DNA of 63,922 nt, filler included, from Piptocephalis cylindrospora (taxonomy: Eukaryota), in NCBI GenBank assembly GCA_003614145.1. It is 19 parts of 19 records of this genome, joined end to end, with 100 filler letters (N's around TTAATTAATTAA, not from the genome) between each part and the next. Parts side by side here need not be neighbours in the genome. Positions count along the whole stretch, not along the records: positions 37,591 to 40,833 come from KZ988709.1; positions 40,934 to 44,066 come from KZ988710.1; positions 44,167 to 47,407 come from KZ988711.1; positions 47,508 to 50,626 come from KZ988712.1; 15 more parts are not named here. One strand, 5' to 3'. A model generated the notes under the pieces. The model worked only from the letters and a program-made list of their open reading frames with translations. It did not search any database and was not told where the DNA came from. The position numbers were made by a program, and so were the translations under genes. Positions 38,099 to 49,503 of this stretch are shown in pieces (position 1 is the stretch's first letter; each line of letters opens with the position of its first letter).

Positions 38099-38599
38099 AT
38101 GTCCTCTGCCCAAAACATCCCCAACCGGAGATCGGAAGATCAGGTCCACTTGCCCGCTGGCTACCAGCAAACACCCTCGGGTACCATCTACTCCACCACC
38201 CCCGGTGGAACCAGGATCATCTACGATAAGGAAAAGCTCCTTGCCCTTAGGAACTCCCCTTACGCCCAGACTCCTCCATCGTCTCTGCAGTACATCCCCG
38301 GAGTCACGAGGAATCCCAATGGGGGCGGAGCCGGAGGCTCCTCCCTCTCCTCTTCTATTCCCCATCAGCTTGCCACCGGTGTTTCCCACTCTACCCTGGC
38401 CGCTGCCCTAGAGGCCGAGCGGGCCAAGCAGGCGGCCTCCCGAGTCATTGAGGGTCAGGAAGAGGAGGATGAGGACGACAGTGGCGCCTCTAGTGCCCAC
38501 TCCATGTCCGGATCCGCCAATAGGAGCGGTGCTGGTCCTGCCGATCCTCATCATCGGGAAGATGACAAGGCCGATGTCTTTGAGATGGACATGGAGTGA
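38099..38599 (+). CDS. EIF4EBP: eIF4E-binding protein (4E-BP family)
   Basis: YQQTPSGTIYSTTPGGTRIIYDKEKLLALRNSPYAQTPP, IPGVT, C-terminal FEMDM. Confidence 0.93.
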   Translation: MSSAQNIPNRRSEDQVHLPAGYQQTPSGTIYSTTPGGTRIIYDKEKLLALRNSPYAQTPPSSLQYIPGVTRNPNGGGAGGSSLSSSIPHQLATGVSHSTLAAALEAERAKQAASRVIEGQEEEDEDDSGASSAHSMSGSANRSGAGPADPHHREDDKADVFEMDME

Positions 38600-38884
38600 T
38601 GGATGAGGGTTTTGCGTGTCTGTCTGTCCGTGAGAGAGTAAGAGAGAGAGAGAAGGAGAGAAAGAGAGAGCGAGGGATGACTTGAGGTAAAGAGGATGCC
38701 CCTTTCTTTCTTTCCCCCCCCCCTCTCTCCCTTCCACGCCTCTCTGTCCCAAGGGATCATTAAAGTATTGGGTGTTTTTTTTTCATTGGATGGATCCTCC
38801 CCATCTTATTTTAATACGAATAGGGTAATGATGGGGGGTGGAGGGGGTCATCCCCTCCTCCTCCAGCATAAAGAGGCTGTCTTA

Positions 38885-39652
38885 TCAAAACCTTCTCCAT
38901 CGACGAGAAAGAAGGGTCCAGAGGGCAGAGATGAGGGCAATGGGCGGGATGAACCGACATACTCGTACCCACCACACGGAGGGTAAGATGGATTGGGATC
39001 CTCCAGGGACGATCCAAGATCGAGTCCGTTCCCTTGTCCCCTCGACTGTCAAGTCACTGGTGTCCAGGATCAAGTCGGCCCCCCGTAACCGATCCTCCGG
39101 GGCCATCTGGGCTGCGATCTTTGATCTGGCCATCTCCTCGTCCAGCTCATCCCTGGTCCTTAGACGTTCCATTTGCTTCTCTGCATCGCTATGGGTCCGA
39201 GGAGGGTGTTGTTAGAAGGGGAGGGGCATGTCATCAGCCCCTTCATCTTACCAATGAACCACAATGACAACGCCGCACAACGCATCCAGCCCTGCCTCAA
39301 ACAACAACGGGACATCCAGGACACATGCACGAGCCCCTTGCAAATAGTGTCCCAGTACCCGTCGTAACATCCTCCGTCGGATCCTAGGATGGGTCATCCC
39401 ATTCAAGACTCGACGGGCCTCTGGGTCTGCAAAGACACGTCGGCCCAATGCTGCCCTATCCAGCGACTTTCCATCGGGTCCCAGGATATCTTGGCCAAAG
39501 TACTCGACAATCTCCTTGTACGCCGCCTCCCCAGGCTCCACCACCTCTCTCGCCACCACGTCCGCGTCCACCACCGGCACCCACTCTCCTAGTGCCTTGG
39601 ACGCCGTTGACTTTCCCATGGCAATCCCTCCTGTGAGGCCGATGAGGAGCAT
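38885..39652 (-). CDS. CAB5: Dephospho-CoA kinase with C-terminal hydrophobic segment, 2 exons
   Basis: IGLTGGIAMGKS, VVDADVVAREVV, LDRAALG, THPRI, DVPLLFE. Confidence 0.93.
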
Positions 39653-40033
39653 GCTGCTGGGAGGATGGGTTCCTGTTGTTTCTGTTCCACCGTGGGATGA
39701 GAGAAGAGGGGAGAATGGGGTGAGGTTGACGTAGGAGAGAGGGCAGTTGAGATATCACACAGCCACGCGTCGTTTTATCACCATCATCGATGTGACTCAG
39801 AGGGGGGGCGGGTCCTGATGAGTGGGCTCAGACACTCTGCATGCCCGCTACTATTCTATACCTCCTCTTGTACTCATGTCAATAGGCGATTGTAAATAGA
39901 GCTTGTCTATTGATTGGAAACACAAAAGAAAAAAAAAGAAAAAGAGTAAACAACACACATGCATATATGCACACACCCATTCACGTGCATACACTCCTCC
40001 TCCCTCACACCTATGCACACATAAATCCTACTC

Positions 40034-40763
40034 TTAATAGTAATGGTACTTCCCTCCCCCTCGACTCGATCGATCCGCCTCATCTACATCCAGAATGCCC
40101 CCAGCCTCCTCCTCCCCTCCGTCCTCGTCCTGAAGGAAGCTTTGCCCCTCCACATCAAGACGCATCCCCTCAATGTTGCTCCATTCTCCCTCAGATGGCG
40201 GCTCAGGTGCCTCCTCGGACACACTTCTCTCCCGGATCCTCATGCCCTCCTCCTCCCTGTCATCCTGCTTCTTCGGGGTGCATATCTCCTCCAGGGCCTC
40301 CTCCACCTCATCCATGTCAAGTGTGGCAGAGGAGGCAAGCTTCAGCGGCTGGGAAACCAGAGAGGCCTTGTCCCTCAGTGTATCATCGTCGTCCTTGCTT
40401 CCGGCATTCAAGTCCACCATCGGAAGCAGCCGTATCTTCAGAGGCGACTGCGACCCCCGGAGAAAGAGGGGCTCCTCGGACAGCTGCGTTCGATACACTG
40501 CCGATGCCCTGTAACATCGGGAGGAGCAAAAGGCCTTTAGGGGCTCCTGATCGTAAATCCTTCCATCCCTAATTCGATATCGGCTTGATATTTCCTATGG
40601 GGCGGGATGGGATGAGCGCGACTTTGTCCCTCTCCTACACCTCTTCCGCTTCGCCCCCTTCATGTACCTTGGGCGCATTTGCCCACACAGGATAGCCGCA
40701 TCGGTGCTCAGCATCCCGTTCCAAAAGAAGATCATCGTAATGCCGAGGAAGCAAATGGTGTGC
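40034..40763 (-). CDS. RPAP2: RNA Pol II CTD phosphatase / RPAP2-Rtr1 family (5'-partial)
   Basis: Spliced: LLPRHYDDLLLER...CGYPVWAN..|..RYRI...IYD...FCSSRCYRAS...QLSEEPLFLR. Confidence 0.82.
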
Positions 40764-40933
40764 CTGTGCGGGGGGGGGGAAGGAATATGGCGGTGGTTTG
40801 GGAGGGGGGGGGGGGCGGGCGCCACACTCAACCNNNNNNNNNNNNNNNNNNNNNNNNNNNNNNNNNNNNNNNNNNNNTTAATTAATTAANNNNNNNNNNN
40901 NNNNNNNNNNNNNNNNNNNNNNNNNNNNNNNNN

Positions 40934-41664
40934 GGATGAGTGAGCTAGTCAACATTGAACGAAATAAGGCAGGCGCCAAGTCTCTTGGCTTCTCCGACGC
41001 CCTCAACCATGCTGCCGCCTACCATTCATGGGATCAGGCCATTCACACCCACATGACCCACGATGACTGGAGGCACAGAGAGCTGGCTGATCGCCTCGAA
41101 GATGCTGGTGTCACCGGCTGGACTAGTATCGGAGAAAATGTCGCTTTTGGCTACCAGTCCACTGAAAAGTGCATGACATCGTGGATGAATTCCCCCGAGC
41201 ATCGTGCCAACATCCTCAACCCGGCTTTCACTCACTTTGGTACCGCCGTCTGGTTCGGTCCCGATGGTCTTCCCTACTTTACCCAGGCGTTCTCCGGTGA
41301 CAAGAAGTCTTACAAGTTTGACATGAAACCTCGTGGCCTCCCCAGCTCCGCCCCAACATGTCAAACGACCAGCCAAACCCCTAGGTCTGGTCCCGCTGAG
41401 AGAGGTAGCCAGAGCTCTTCTCCCCAGTCCTCTGGTGCCGCGGCTCCTTCGATCAAATCTTCCAGTCGCGCCCCCTCGGTCAAGTATTCCAATCCCGCCC
41501 CTTCATACAAGTCTTCCGGCCCCGCCCCCTCCTCGGATCCGGCATCCCATTGCAAGAACCGTCCTGCCAACGCCCCTCCCAATGCCACTCTCAAGGTCAC
41601 CACATCCACGAACGGCCGTGTCACCACCTACCACTGCAAGTGGAACTGGATGGTCAAGGCCTAA
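40934..41664 (+). CDS. CAP/SCP (YkwD-like) domain protein, 5'-partial
   Basis: LVNIER, GENVAFGY, WMNSPEHRANIL, YFTQAF; paralog of the 42911 gene. Confidence 0.9.
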
Positions 41665-42910
41665 AGTGCCCACACTTGGCCCCCTCAAAGGAGTGACCTT
41701 GTTCCCTTCGTCTAGATGACAAGGGGGAGGTGCTGGGCTTCCTTCTATTGAGAATGTTGGTGAATGTGGAAACTGGATCATTACTACCTTAGGGTCCGCC
41801 TGGCGCAAAGGACATGTGTTATCCTGTCCTGTCAACCAACAATATGAGTCTTTCTTTTTTTCTCCCTTTGTCCTCCCCCTACCCCTTCTCTTGGTTTCTT
41901 GTATGTCTTTTGTCTTGGTCCTTGAGTTGTTTTGAAGATGCAAGGGCTTTCCCAGAAAGCCCATCCCAAATCCTTTGCCTCTTGGCGCTAGCTCGACTCT
42001 ACTTACTCATTCATGACTCCATCTCATCAATCGGCCCTACTCCGAATCATCCATCACTTCACAAGCCAAGCCAAGCCAAGCCATTCTGATCTTTCCTTTC
42101 CTCTTCTTACCATCCTATGCAGTTGGCATGCCAAGAGCGTGTTCAATTGCACCCCGCTGATCTGATCTGTTCAGTGGAAAGGCCCTATGGGCAATCAAAA
42201 CGAAACACGTCCGTCCCTCTCATCCCTCCCCCCATCCCGCCCCATTTTCTTACCCTAGCCAAGTCCCTAAGCAGCCTTCTTGTCCCTCTATTCAACCCCT
42301 TTTCCATCCCAGCCGTCATACTATTCCAGAGCCAGCTCAGCCACCCTGAACCAATCCTCGACTCCCAATAAGGCCGATGAGTGTATGCCAACTCCGACCA
42401 GTTTTAAAAGTCCGCTCAAAGGGGCTCTCCTTTCTCCATCACACATTTCTTTCTCACACATCCATTCCATCACCTCTTTCTTAGCATTCAAAGAGGGCCC
42501 GCTTTCCGCTGGGATACTGGCCCACCTTCATTTACCTACCTGTTTAAATCCCGCTCACTCATCCAGTTTCATCATTCTGGCTTGGCTTTAAAACTACCCT
42601 GATCTGCCAGATCGAACTCACTCCATAATCCCCGCTACCACACTCTTGTTCCTTTTCCTTTTATCCTTCTCCATCCTCAGTCTCATCCTTGCTCCTTTTC
42701 TTTCTTCCCTCCCCCTCCCTTCCTTCCCCCCCCCCCCCCATTTACCACTATCTTCCGCTTTTGTAGCTGTGCTACCAATTCTATCCCTCCCCCTCCCCTG
42801 GCTCTTTGTCATCAACCCGTCCTTCGCATCCAGCTACTTTCCCTGGTGGATAGCTCCTCTCTCAGCCCTCTTCCCCGCCCCACCTCAGCCCCCTTACCTG
42901 TGATACCAAA

Positions 42911-43969
42911 ATGCGTCTTACATCCCACTATCTGGCCTTACCCTTCTTGGCCCTTTCCATTCCCTTCCAGGTCCATGCCAAGTACGATCAATCGGACATT
43001 CTGTATAAGAAAGGTCCTGATATGATCACTTGTTCTACCTTTGACAATATCGAGATGCTCGAATTAGTCAATAAGGAACGGGCCAAGAGAGGCCTCAATT
43101 CTCTTGGTTTCCTCGAGTCCCTCAACCGAGTTGCAGCCTACCAGTCCTGGGATCAGGCCATCCATGAGAAAATGTCCCACAACGACTGGCGGGGAAGGGG
43201 GATGGGCGCTCGCTTCCGCGCTAGCGGCTGCGAGGATTGGTCCCAGATCCGTGAAAATGCCGCTGTTAATCATACGAGTGTCGAGCATGTCATGGAAGGA
43301 TGGATGACCTCTCCCGGCCATAAGGCTAATATCCTCAGAAAAGGCATTACTCACTTTGGTGCCGCTGTCTGGTTCTCCAATGCTGGTAATCCCTACTATA
43401 CCCAGGCCTTTGCACAAATGCGCGATGCCGATCCCGTCTACCCCATCCGTCCCCCTTCTATCCCCGGAAATGCTAAAACCTGCGGCAATATCCGGGACAC
43501 TCCAAGGTCCGGTCCTCCCGAGAAGGGTGGGGAAGCGGCACAGCCCGAGCAGGGTCAAGATACCGGTTATGCCCAACCTGAAAAGGACACTGGCTATGCT
43601 CAACCTGAAAAGGACACTGGCTATGCTCAACCCGAAAAGGATACTGGCTATGCCCAACCTGAAAAGGATACTGGCTATGCTCAACCTGAAAAGGATACTG
43701 GCTATGCTCAACCTAAGAAAAGCCCCAAGCCCAAGAAGACTCACCCCAAGAAGCCCAGTGACCAAGGAGGCCAGGGACCCGCGGACGACTCGACCCCCTC
43801 AGGCGACTACACTAAGACCTACGAGACCACCGCAGGCTCCTCTCTCGCCAAGAAGCATTGCAAAAAGTCCAGTAGTGCTCCCGATAATGCGTGTGTCATC
43901 ATCACCATCACCAAGACTGGTTCGAACACTCATACTAGCTGTAAGTGGTCCTGGACCGTCAAATCGTAG
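42911..43969 (+). CDS. Secreted CAP/SCP (YkwD-like) protein with tandem repeats
   Basis: Signal peptide; LVNKERAKRGL, ENAA, WMTSPGHKANIL, YYTQAF; intronless. Confidence 0.93.
   Translation: MRLTSHYLALPFLALSIPFQVHAKYDQSDILYKKGPDMITCSTFDNIEMLELVNKERAKRGLNSLGFLESLNRVAAYQSWDQAIHEKMSHNDWRGRGMGARFRASGCEDWSQIRENAAVNHTSVEHVMEGWMTSPGHKANILRKGITHFGAAVWFSNAGNPYYTQAFAQMRDADPVYPIRPPSIPGNAKTCGNIRDTPRSGPPEKGGEAAQPEQGQDTGYAQPEKDTGYAQPEKDTGYAQPEKDTGYAQPEKDTGYAQPEKDTGYAQPKKSPKPKKTHPKKPSDQGGQGPADDSTPSGDYTKTYETTAGSSLAKKHCKKSSSAPDNACVIITITKTGSNTHTSCKWSWTVKS
43559..43720 (+). repeat. 27-bp coding minisatellite, 6 copies (DTGYAQPEK)
   Basis: Units differ only at synonymous sites, except the last (QPKK). Confidence 0.95.
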
Positions 43970-44312
43970 GTCTGGACTCTTCGAATGGATCAGAGTCAGT
44001 ACTCGAGATAGTTGGATCCGGTATCCCTATCTCTATTACCCCTACCTCTACTCTACCTCATCATCTNNNNNNNNNNNNNNNNNNNNNNNNNNNNNNNNNN
44101 NNNNNNNNNNTTAATTAATTAANNNNNNNNNNNNNNNNNNNNNNNNNNNNNNNNNNNNNNNNNNNNCTTTCCATCTGCCTCCACCTGCGTGTGCCATCCT
44201 TCTTTCTTCTTTCCCCCCTCCTCCTCTTCTCTGTATCCAGTTCTCATCACACGTAAAGGTCCTGTCCAACGTCCGCTTTCTCCTTATCCAGTGCACTCTC
44301 CTCTCCCAGGAT

Positions 44313-45853
44313 ATGGACGTCTCGGACCTGCTGAACGGAAAGGGTGGTCATGGAAAAGCCCGGGAATTTGAGTGTACGTGGCCTGGATGTGTCCAACGAT
44401 TTATTCGCCGAGCAGAGCTGACTCGACATCTTCAAATTCACACGAACGATCGGTAAGCTCACCTTCTATCCGTCTTGTGAGGTGGGCCATGGTCATAGTC
44501 GTTCACCCCTCCCCATCCACCTAGACCCTTCGAGTGTCCCTATCCAAAATGCGGAAAGAGCTTTATCCAAGCAAGTCCCTGTCCTTCACCCTCATTGCCC
44601 CCTCTCCTCCTCCCCTAACCAACCACCCGTACCCTTCCGCGCAGAAATCCACCTTGAAAATCCATGAACGAACCCACACCGGTGAACGTCCTTGTCAATG
44701 CACCTTCCCTGATTGTGGAAAGTCCTTTACAGACAGTAGCGCCCTTGCCAGGCATCGGTCAGTTCTTCTCTTCTGCGTGTGGGGGGGTGAGTGGCTCCCA
44801 GGACCGTGCAAGCCATCAAGGAACGGCACAGCCTCATGACTCTTCTCCCTTCATCCTTCCAGGAAAATTCACACCAGTCCCTGGGCCTATACATGTCATT
44901 ATCAAGGGTGCCAGAAAAGGTAGGTTGGGTTAGACCAGTGGCTGTGCTCCTCTCCAAGAACATGCTCTGTCCCATGGACATGGGTGAGTTCCTATAGCTT
45001 GGAATTCTAGCCTATAAGAGCTCACCCCGTGTCCTCCCTTCTGAGAAAGAGCGACACCACGTGTGTTTCACGTGTGTGTGAGAGTGAGAGGAGGGAAATC
45101 GTGTGTCATCGCAATGATCAAGTCCGACCCAGCGCTCACTCATCCCTTTCCCTCCCACGCAAATGTCCCCTTCATCACACGCGCCATCCACCGTGGATGC
45201 CCTTGGACAGGTTCCGCTTCAAGTCTTCTCTAGTGACGCACCAAAGAAGAAATGATCATCGCTCTACCACCACCAGCCCGCCTGCTATCTCGGATTCCGT
45301 TTCAACACCTGCTACCCCCACTATTCCCACCACCGCCACCGCCACCACACCCATTCCACCCATCCATCCCACTACCGCTCAAGTATCCACCCACCTCACC
45401 GCCCCTCCAATTCCCATCCCTGCCACCACCACTCCAGTTCCAATTCGTGTCATCCCTCCTTCCCCCATCCCAACCTCCCCTTATAAGCCCCCCCGCATCC
45501 CATTCGTTCTTTCATCAGACCATTCGGTCTATCCATCTCATACCACAGAGGCTGAGCAGGCCCTTCATTTACCTGATGGCCCATACCTGTTTCGTGGACA
45601 TTCTCCTGTACGAGGACACTCCTCTTTTCATGGAACCTCTTCATCTAGAGAACATTCCCCTCTCCAGGCACACTATCCTCCTCGGGATCACTCCCCCCTC
45701 CAGGGTCAACTCCCCCCTCCAGTTCAATATCCCCTTCAAGGCCAATACTCCTTTCAAGGACTGTACCATCCCCCTCAAGATCAACGGTATCCTCCCGAGG
45801 ATCAACCCTACCCATCTGGTCCATGTCAACCTCCCTGCTCCCAACACCCGTAG
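44313..45853 (+). CDS. C2H2 zinc-finger transcription factor (4 fingers), 5 exons, Pro-rich tail
   Basis: [77 protein letters not shown]. Confidence 0.88.
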
Positions 45854-46175
45854 GGTTGGGACGGTGAGCTCTCCTCTATTCCCCATGAGAAGAGGGAAAA
45901 GTGTGTGTGTGTGTGTGTGTACGCTTTTGATCAGATGGCCAGGGGAGCAAGAGAGCAAAAGAAAAAACCAGCGTGTCTTGATGCCAAGAAGATGTATTGT
46001 CCAATGATGATCGGAGGAATACAAGATGGGCAAATAGTCCGTTCTAGAGGTCCCTTGTCTAGTAAAAGCACCATAAAGCAACTCTCCTTTCCGCCTGTCG
46101 CCGCAAATGCTGTTAAAAAGGCCTGTATGTATGTAAATGACGTAATATAAAGGCTCTCTCCTCACTCCATTCCCT

Positions 46176-47302
46176 TCATTCGGGAACCACTTGCTTCTCC
46201 CTCCAAGATTGATGAGCTCGCGTCATGACCGAAGACATCCTCTTATCCTCCATGGTCTTGTGAATGAGGGAAAGGAGAGTTTCTTCCTTGACTCGGGACA
46301 TCATCCCGTTCAATAGAGTCAGGGCTTCCTCAAAGGAGGAGGACAGGAGGGCCTGCTCATGGTAGAGGAGAAGAGCCACTGCCGTACCGATCAGGGCATC
46401 CGGCCCCTTGAGCATCATCACATCCCAGATCCGCAGGACCGTGGGAAAGGCCAAACAGCCCCCGGCATACAATGTACAGTACCATCGAGTGGCGTACATC
46501 ATAGTCACGAGGTCGATTCGTTTCTAGAGGTAAGAGGGAAAAGGGAATGGTGAGATGAGATTAGATATGAAAAAGGGAAAGAAGAAACTCACTAGATGGG
46601 CGTGTAGACGGGGATGGAAAGTGGAGAGGATCTCTTCTTGAACGTGAAATGCCTCGAGAAGACCCGGGAAGCCGGGCAGAAAGAGACCGCGGAAGCCTGG
46701 TTGGGCTAGGAGATTCCTCATCATCACATAGGCTGTGTCTCCTGGGAAGTAGAGGAGGAGTATGGCAGCAATGGTCGACATGCCCTGGCAATATCCTAAT
46801 TCCTTGTCCACCAATGATAGAGTTCTCAACGTGTGGAACATGGCCCTTTGACTATAGGATATAACAAGATGAGAGAGGGAGAGAGGGAGAAAGGGGGGGG
46901 TCTATCACTAGAACTCACCCAGGTCCGTAAGGAGGACGAAAGAGAATGTTGGCCCGTAGGGTCCTTTCCACATCCATGTCAATTTGACGTTCCTGAGGAG
47001 AGGGTAACTTTTGAATGCTTACATCCTATGCAACGGAGGATGTGTCAATAGTGCATTCCCTTATCCGGAGGGGAGGGGGAAAAGAAGGGATGAATGCCTC
47101 ATACCCTTATCCAGACCTACCTTTAGCTCATTCAAGTAGGCCTGTAAGCTAATTTGTGGGACCATCAGATCGATCCTGCGTATGGATAGAAAGTAAGTAT
47201 AAATGACATTGCAAGAGGATGGCTCTACTCAAGATCTCCTCATCCTTACCATGCACTAGACCTCCAACAATCTGGGATTCCCTTGTAGACCCGACGGATA
47301 AA
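46176..47302 (-). CDS. TBC-domain Rab GTPase-activating protein (5'-partial, multi-exon)
   Basis: RRVYKGIPDCWR, QIDMDVERT (R finger), GYCQGM (Q finger), YATRWY, LRIWD. Confidence 0.92.
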
Positions 47303-47507
47303 CTAGATCAAGTGGTAACAGAGAGACTTAGGCACCGTGGCCAAAAGGTTCCATCATCCCCCCCCCGCATCCTCACTGCGCTGGAAACAGGAAAGAAGAG
47401 AAATCCGNNNNNNNNNNNNNNNNNNNNNNNNNNNNNNNNNNNNNNNNNNNNTTAATTAATTAANNNNNNNNNNNNNNNNNNNNNNNNNNNNNNNNNNNNN
47501 NNNNNNN

Positions 47508-47988
47508 GAGATTCTCCCCCATGGCGGAGGGTTTCTTTCATCTGGAGGGGAGGAGGAGGAATGAATGAGCGGCTAGTGTCTTGTGTAGCAGCAAAATAGA
47601 ACAATGCACATCTCATACCATCCAAATGGAGCCATCCCTCCTTTTGATACTGGGCTCGGGCAAGTAGGGTGGCGTCCTTGTCCCAGGACGTGGCAAGGAC
47701 GTGGTCGAGAACATTGCGAAATTGATCGTTTTCCCGAAAGACACTTGGGGTCAGAGTGCTTTCCCCCAGAGGCAAATACCCAATGACTGTGGATGGGGGC
47801 AGGGGATGGGGCTTATCCAGGAGGGAGACGGCAAGACAGGGTCCACGGTCTGGCGAGACGTGGTCATGGACATACACGCCCTTGTGACCCTCGAGGGCCT
47901 TCACTTGGTCCAGACGTGAGCTTGTACGGAATGTACGATAGAAAAGGGGAAGGGCCCGAGTTTGACGGACGAGATGAATTGGAAGCAT
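47508..47988 (-). CDS. Conserved uncharacterised, probably mitochondrial protein (3'-partial)
   Basis: Presequence-like start; FRENDQF, GWLHLD|DERNPPPWGRI across an intron. Confidence 0.7.
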
Positions 47989-48134
47989 GAGGGAGACGAG
48001 GGGGGAGAGGGACAAGTGGGTGGTGGGGGGAAGACGCGATATGATCAAGAAAACAGACGATGATTCTGTAGTAGCTCTCATCGACGTATCCTGAACCTAC
48101 CTCCGACACTTCCCCTGACTTCTATCTTCTTGAC

Positions 48135-49382
48135 ATGTCGCGTGCTAGCCAAAAGATCGTGGATCAGACCCGAGCTGGACCACCTGGCCCTGCCTCTTCC
48201 CAAGACGACAACCCCATGCGCTTGGACAAGAAGGGCTTTAAACGACCATGTAAAGCGTCGGTCATCTACGACAATTGCACTGTGCTTACCCAGGAGGGAC
48301 ATGTTCTGTTTCGGTGTGCAAGGCAAGCCCTTGTGTCCTTGTTGTCGTCCCTCCCCTATGTGTCCTAACCCACCCAACCCATCTTCCCTGAGTGTAGAAA
48401 ACGGTTGGAGTGGTACTTGACGCGTGGGTTAGCGGACCCGGTGGACGACACGACCGTCCGACTGACCTTTCAGGCTCGGGGCCCAGCTAGGAGTTCCGAG
48501 GCATGGCATATCCAGGATCGAGTCAATCAATGCGTGGTCTGTGGGGTGGAGCAGGAAGAGGCAGGTTTGATGCAGCATCATGTTGGTGAGTCGTCTTTTA
48601 CCGTGGTGGATCGAGGAGGGGAGGAGAGGGGCGCTTCTCATCATCTCCCTCCCCATGGAAATTTCCAGTACCCTCCATGTATAGAAAGGAGATGCCTGAA
48701 ACCTTGAAATCCAGGAATGTAAGGATACGATAATACTGCTCTCTCCCTCCTAAAACCGCCATTGAATACACCTGTCCATCCCTCCCTCGTTCATTAGGAT
48801 CATGATATCCTTCCTCTATGCGATCACTGTCATGAGAGGTATGGGCGACATGCTCATGCCTTCAAGACCCATCTGGCCCATACCTACGAAGCTCCCTTGG
48901 AGGGTGTTGGCTGGATTTACCTTCCCCATCTACGCCCGGTCATCAAGGCTGCAAGGGCACTGTCCTCTAGAAACGTCATTGGGATCCCTCTGGATAGACA
49001 AGAGCATCTACGGGGGATAATCCTTGACTGGTGGCTTGAGGAGGGGGTAAAGGAAGAGGAAGAGCGGGCGGAGGGAGAGAGAATGGGGGTGGATGGTGAC
49101 GACGTGGCCATGGAAGATACCTCGGGGTTGCACATGGACTGGGAGAAGGCTTTGAAAAGGGCCTTGGCCTTGGAGGATCGAATCAAGGGCCCCTCCTTCT
49201 CCACCCATGCTCAGATGATTATCCGGCGCCTGAGTCATGAGCAGATCCAGGACTCGGAGGGAGGGCAAGTCAGATGGCCTGACCTAGAGGAGTTTATCCG
49301 GCAATGGCGAGGCCATTTCCTTTCCCATAGCCAACACAGATACCTTTCCCCCAACTGGCAATTCCATGATGCTATTGCCTGA
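48135..49382 (+). CDS. Protein homologous to the C-terminal HNH-like region of EXD2, without the exonuclease domain; 4 exons
   Basis: IYDNC..LFRCA|RKRLEWYL.RGLA..VRLTF..NQCVVCG..HHV|VPSMYRKEMP..LKSRN|DHDILPLCDHCH..IKAARAL..FIRQWRGHFL..YLSPNW. Confidence 0.85.
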
Positions 49383-49503
49383 GAGGGAAGGAAGATGCAT
49401 GTATGCGCGCGTTATACATATGCACTGATGGATGTGAGTCACAAAAGTATGGTTTATCCAATGTATTCCGTTATGAGATTCCCCTTGTTCACCACTATCC
49501 TTC

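Noticed and set aside
43559..43720. Repeat as a CRISPR array or Kex2-processed RiPP precursor
   Set aside because: No spacers, in-frame coding, no KR/RR sites between units, and no tailoring enzymes on the contig.
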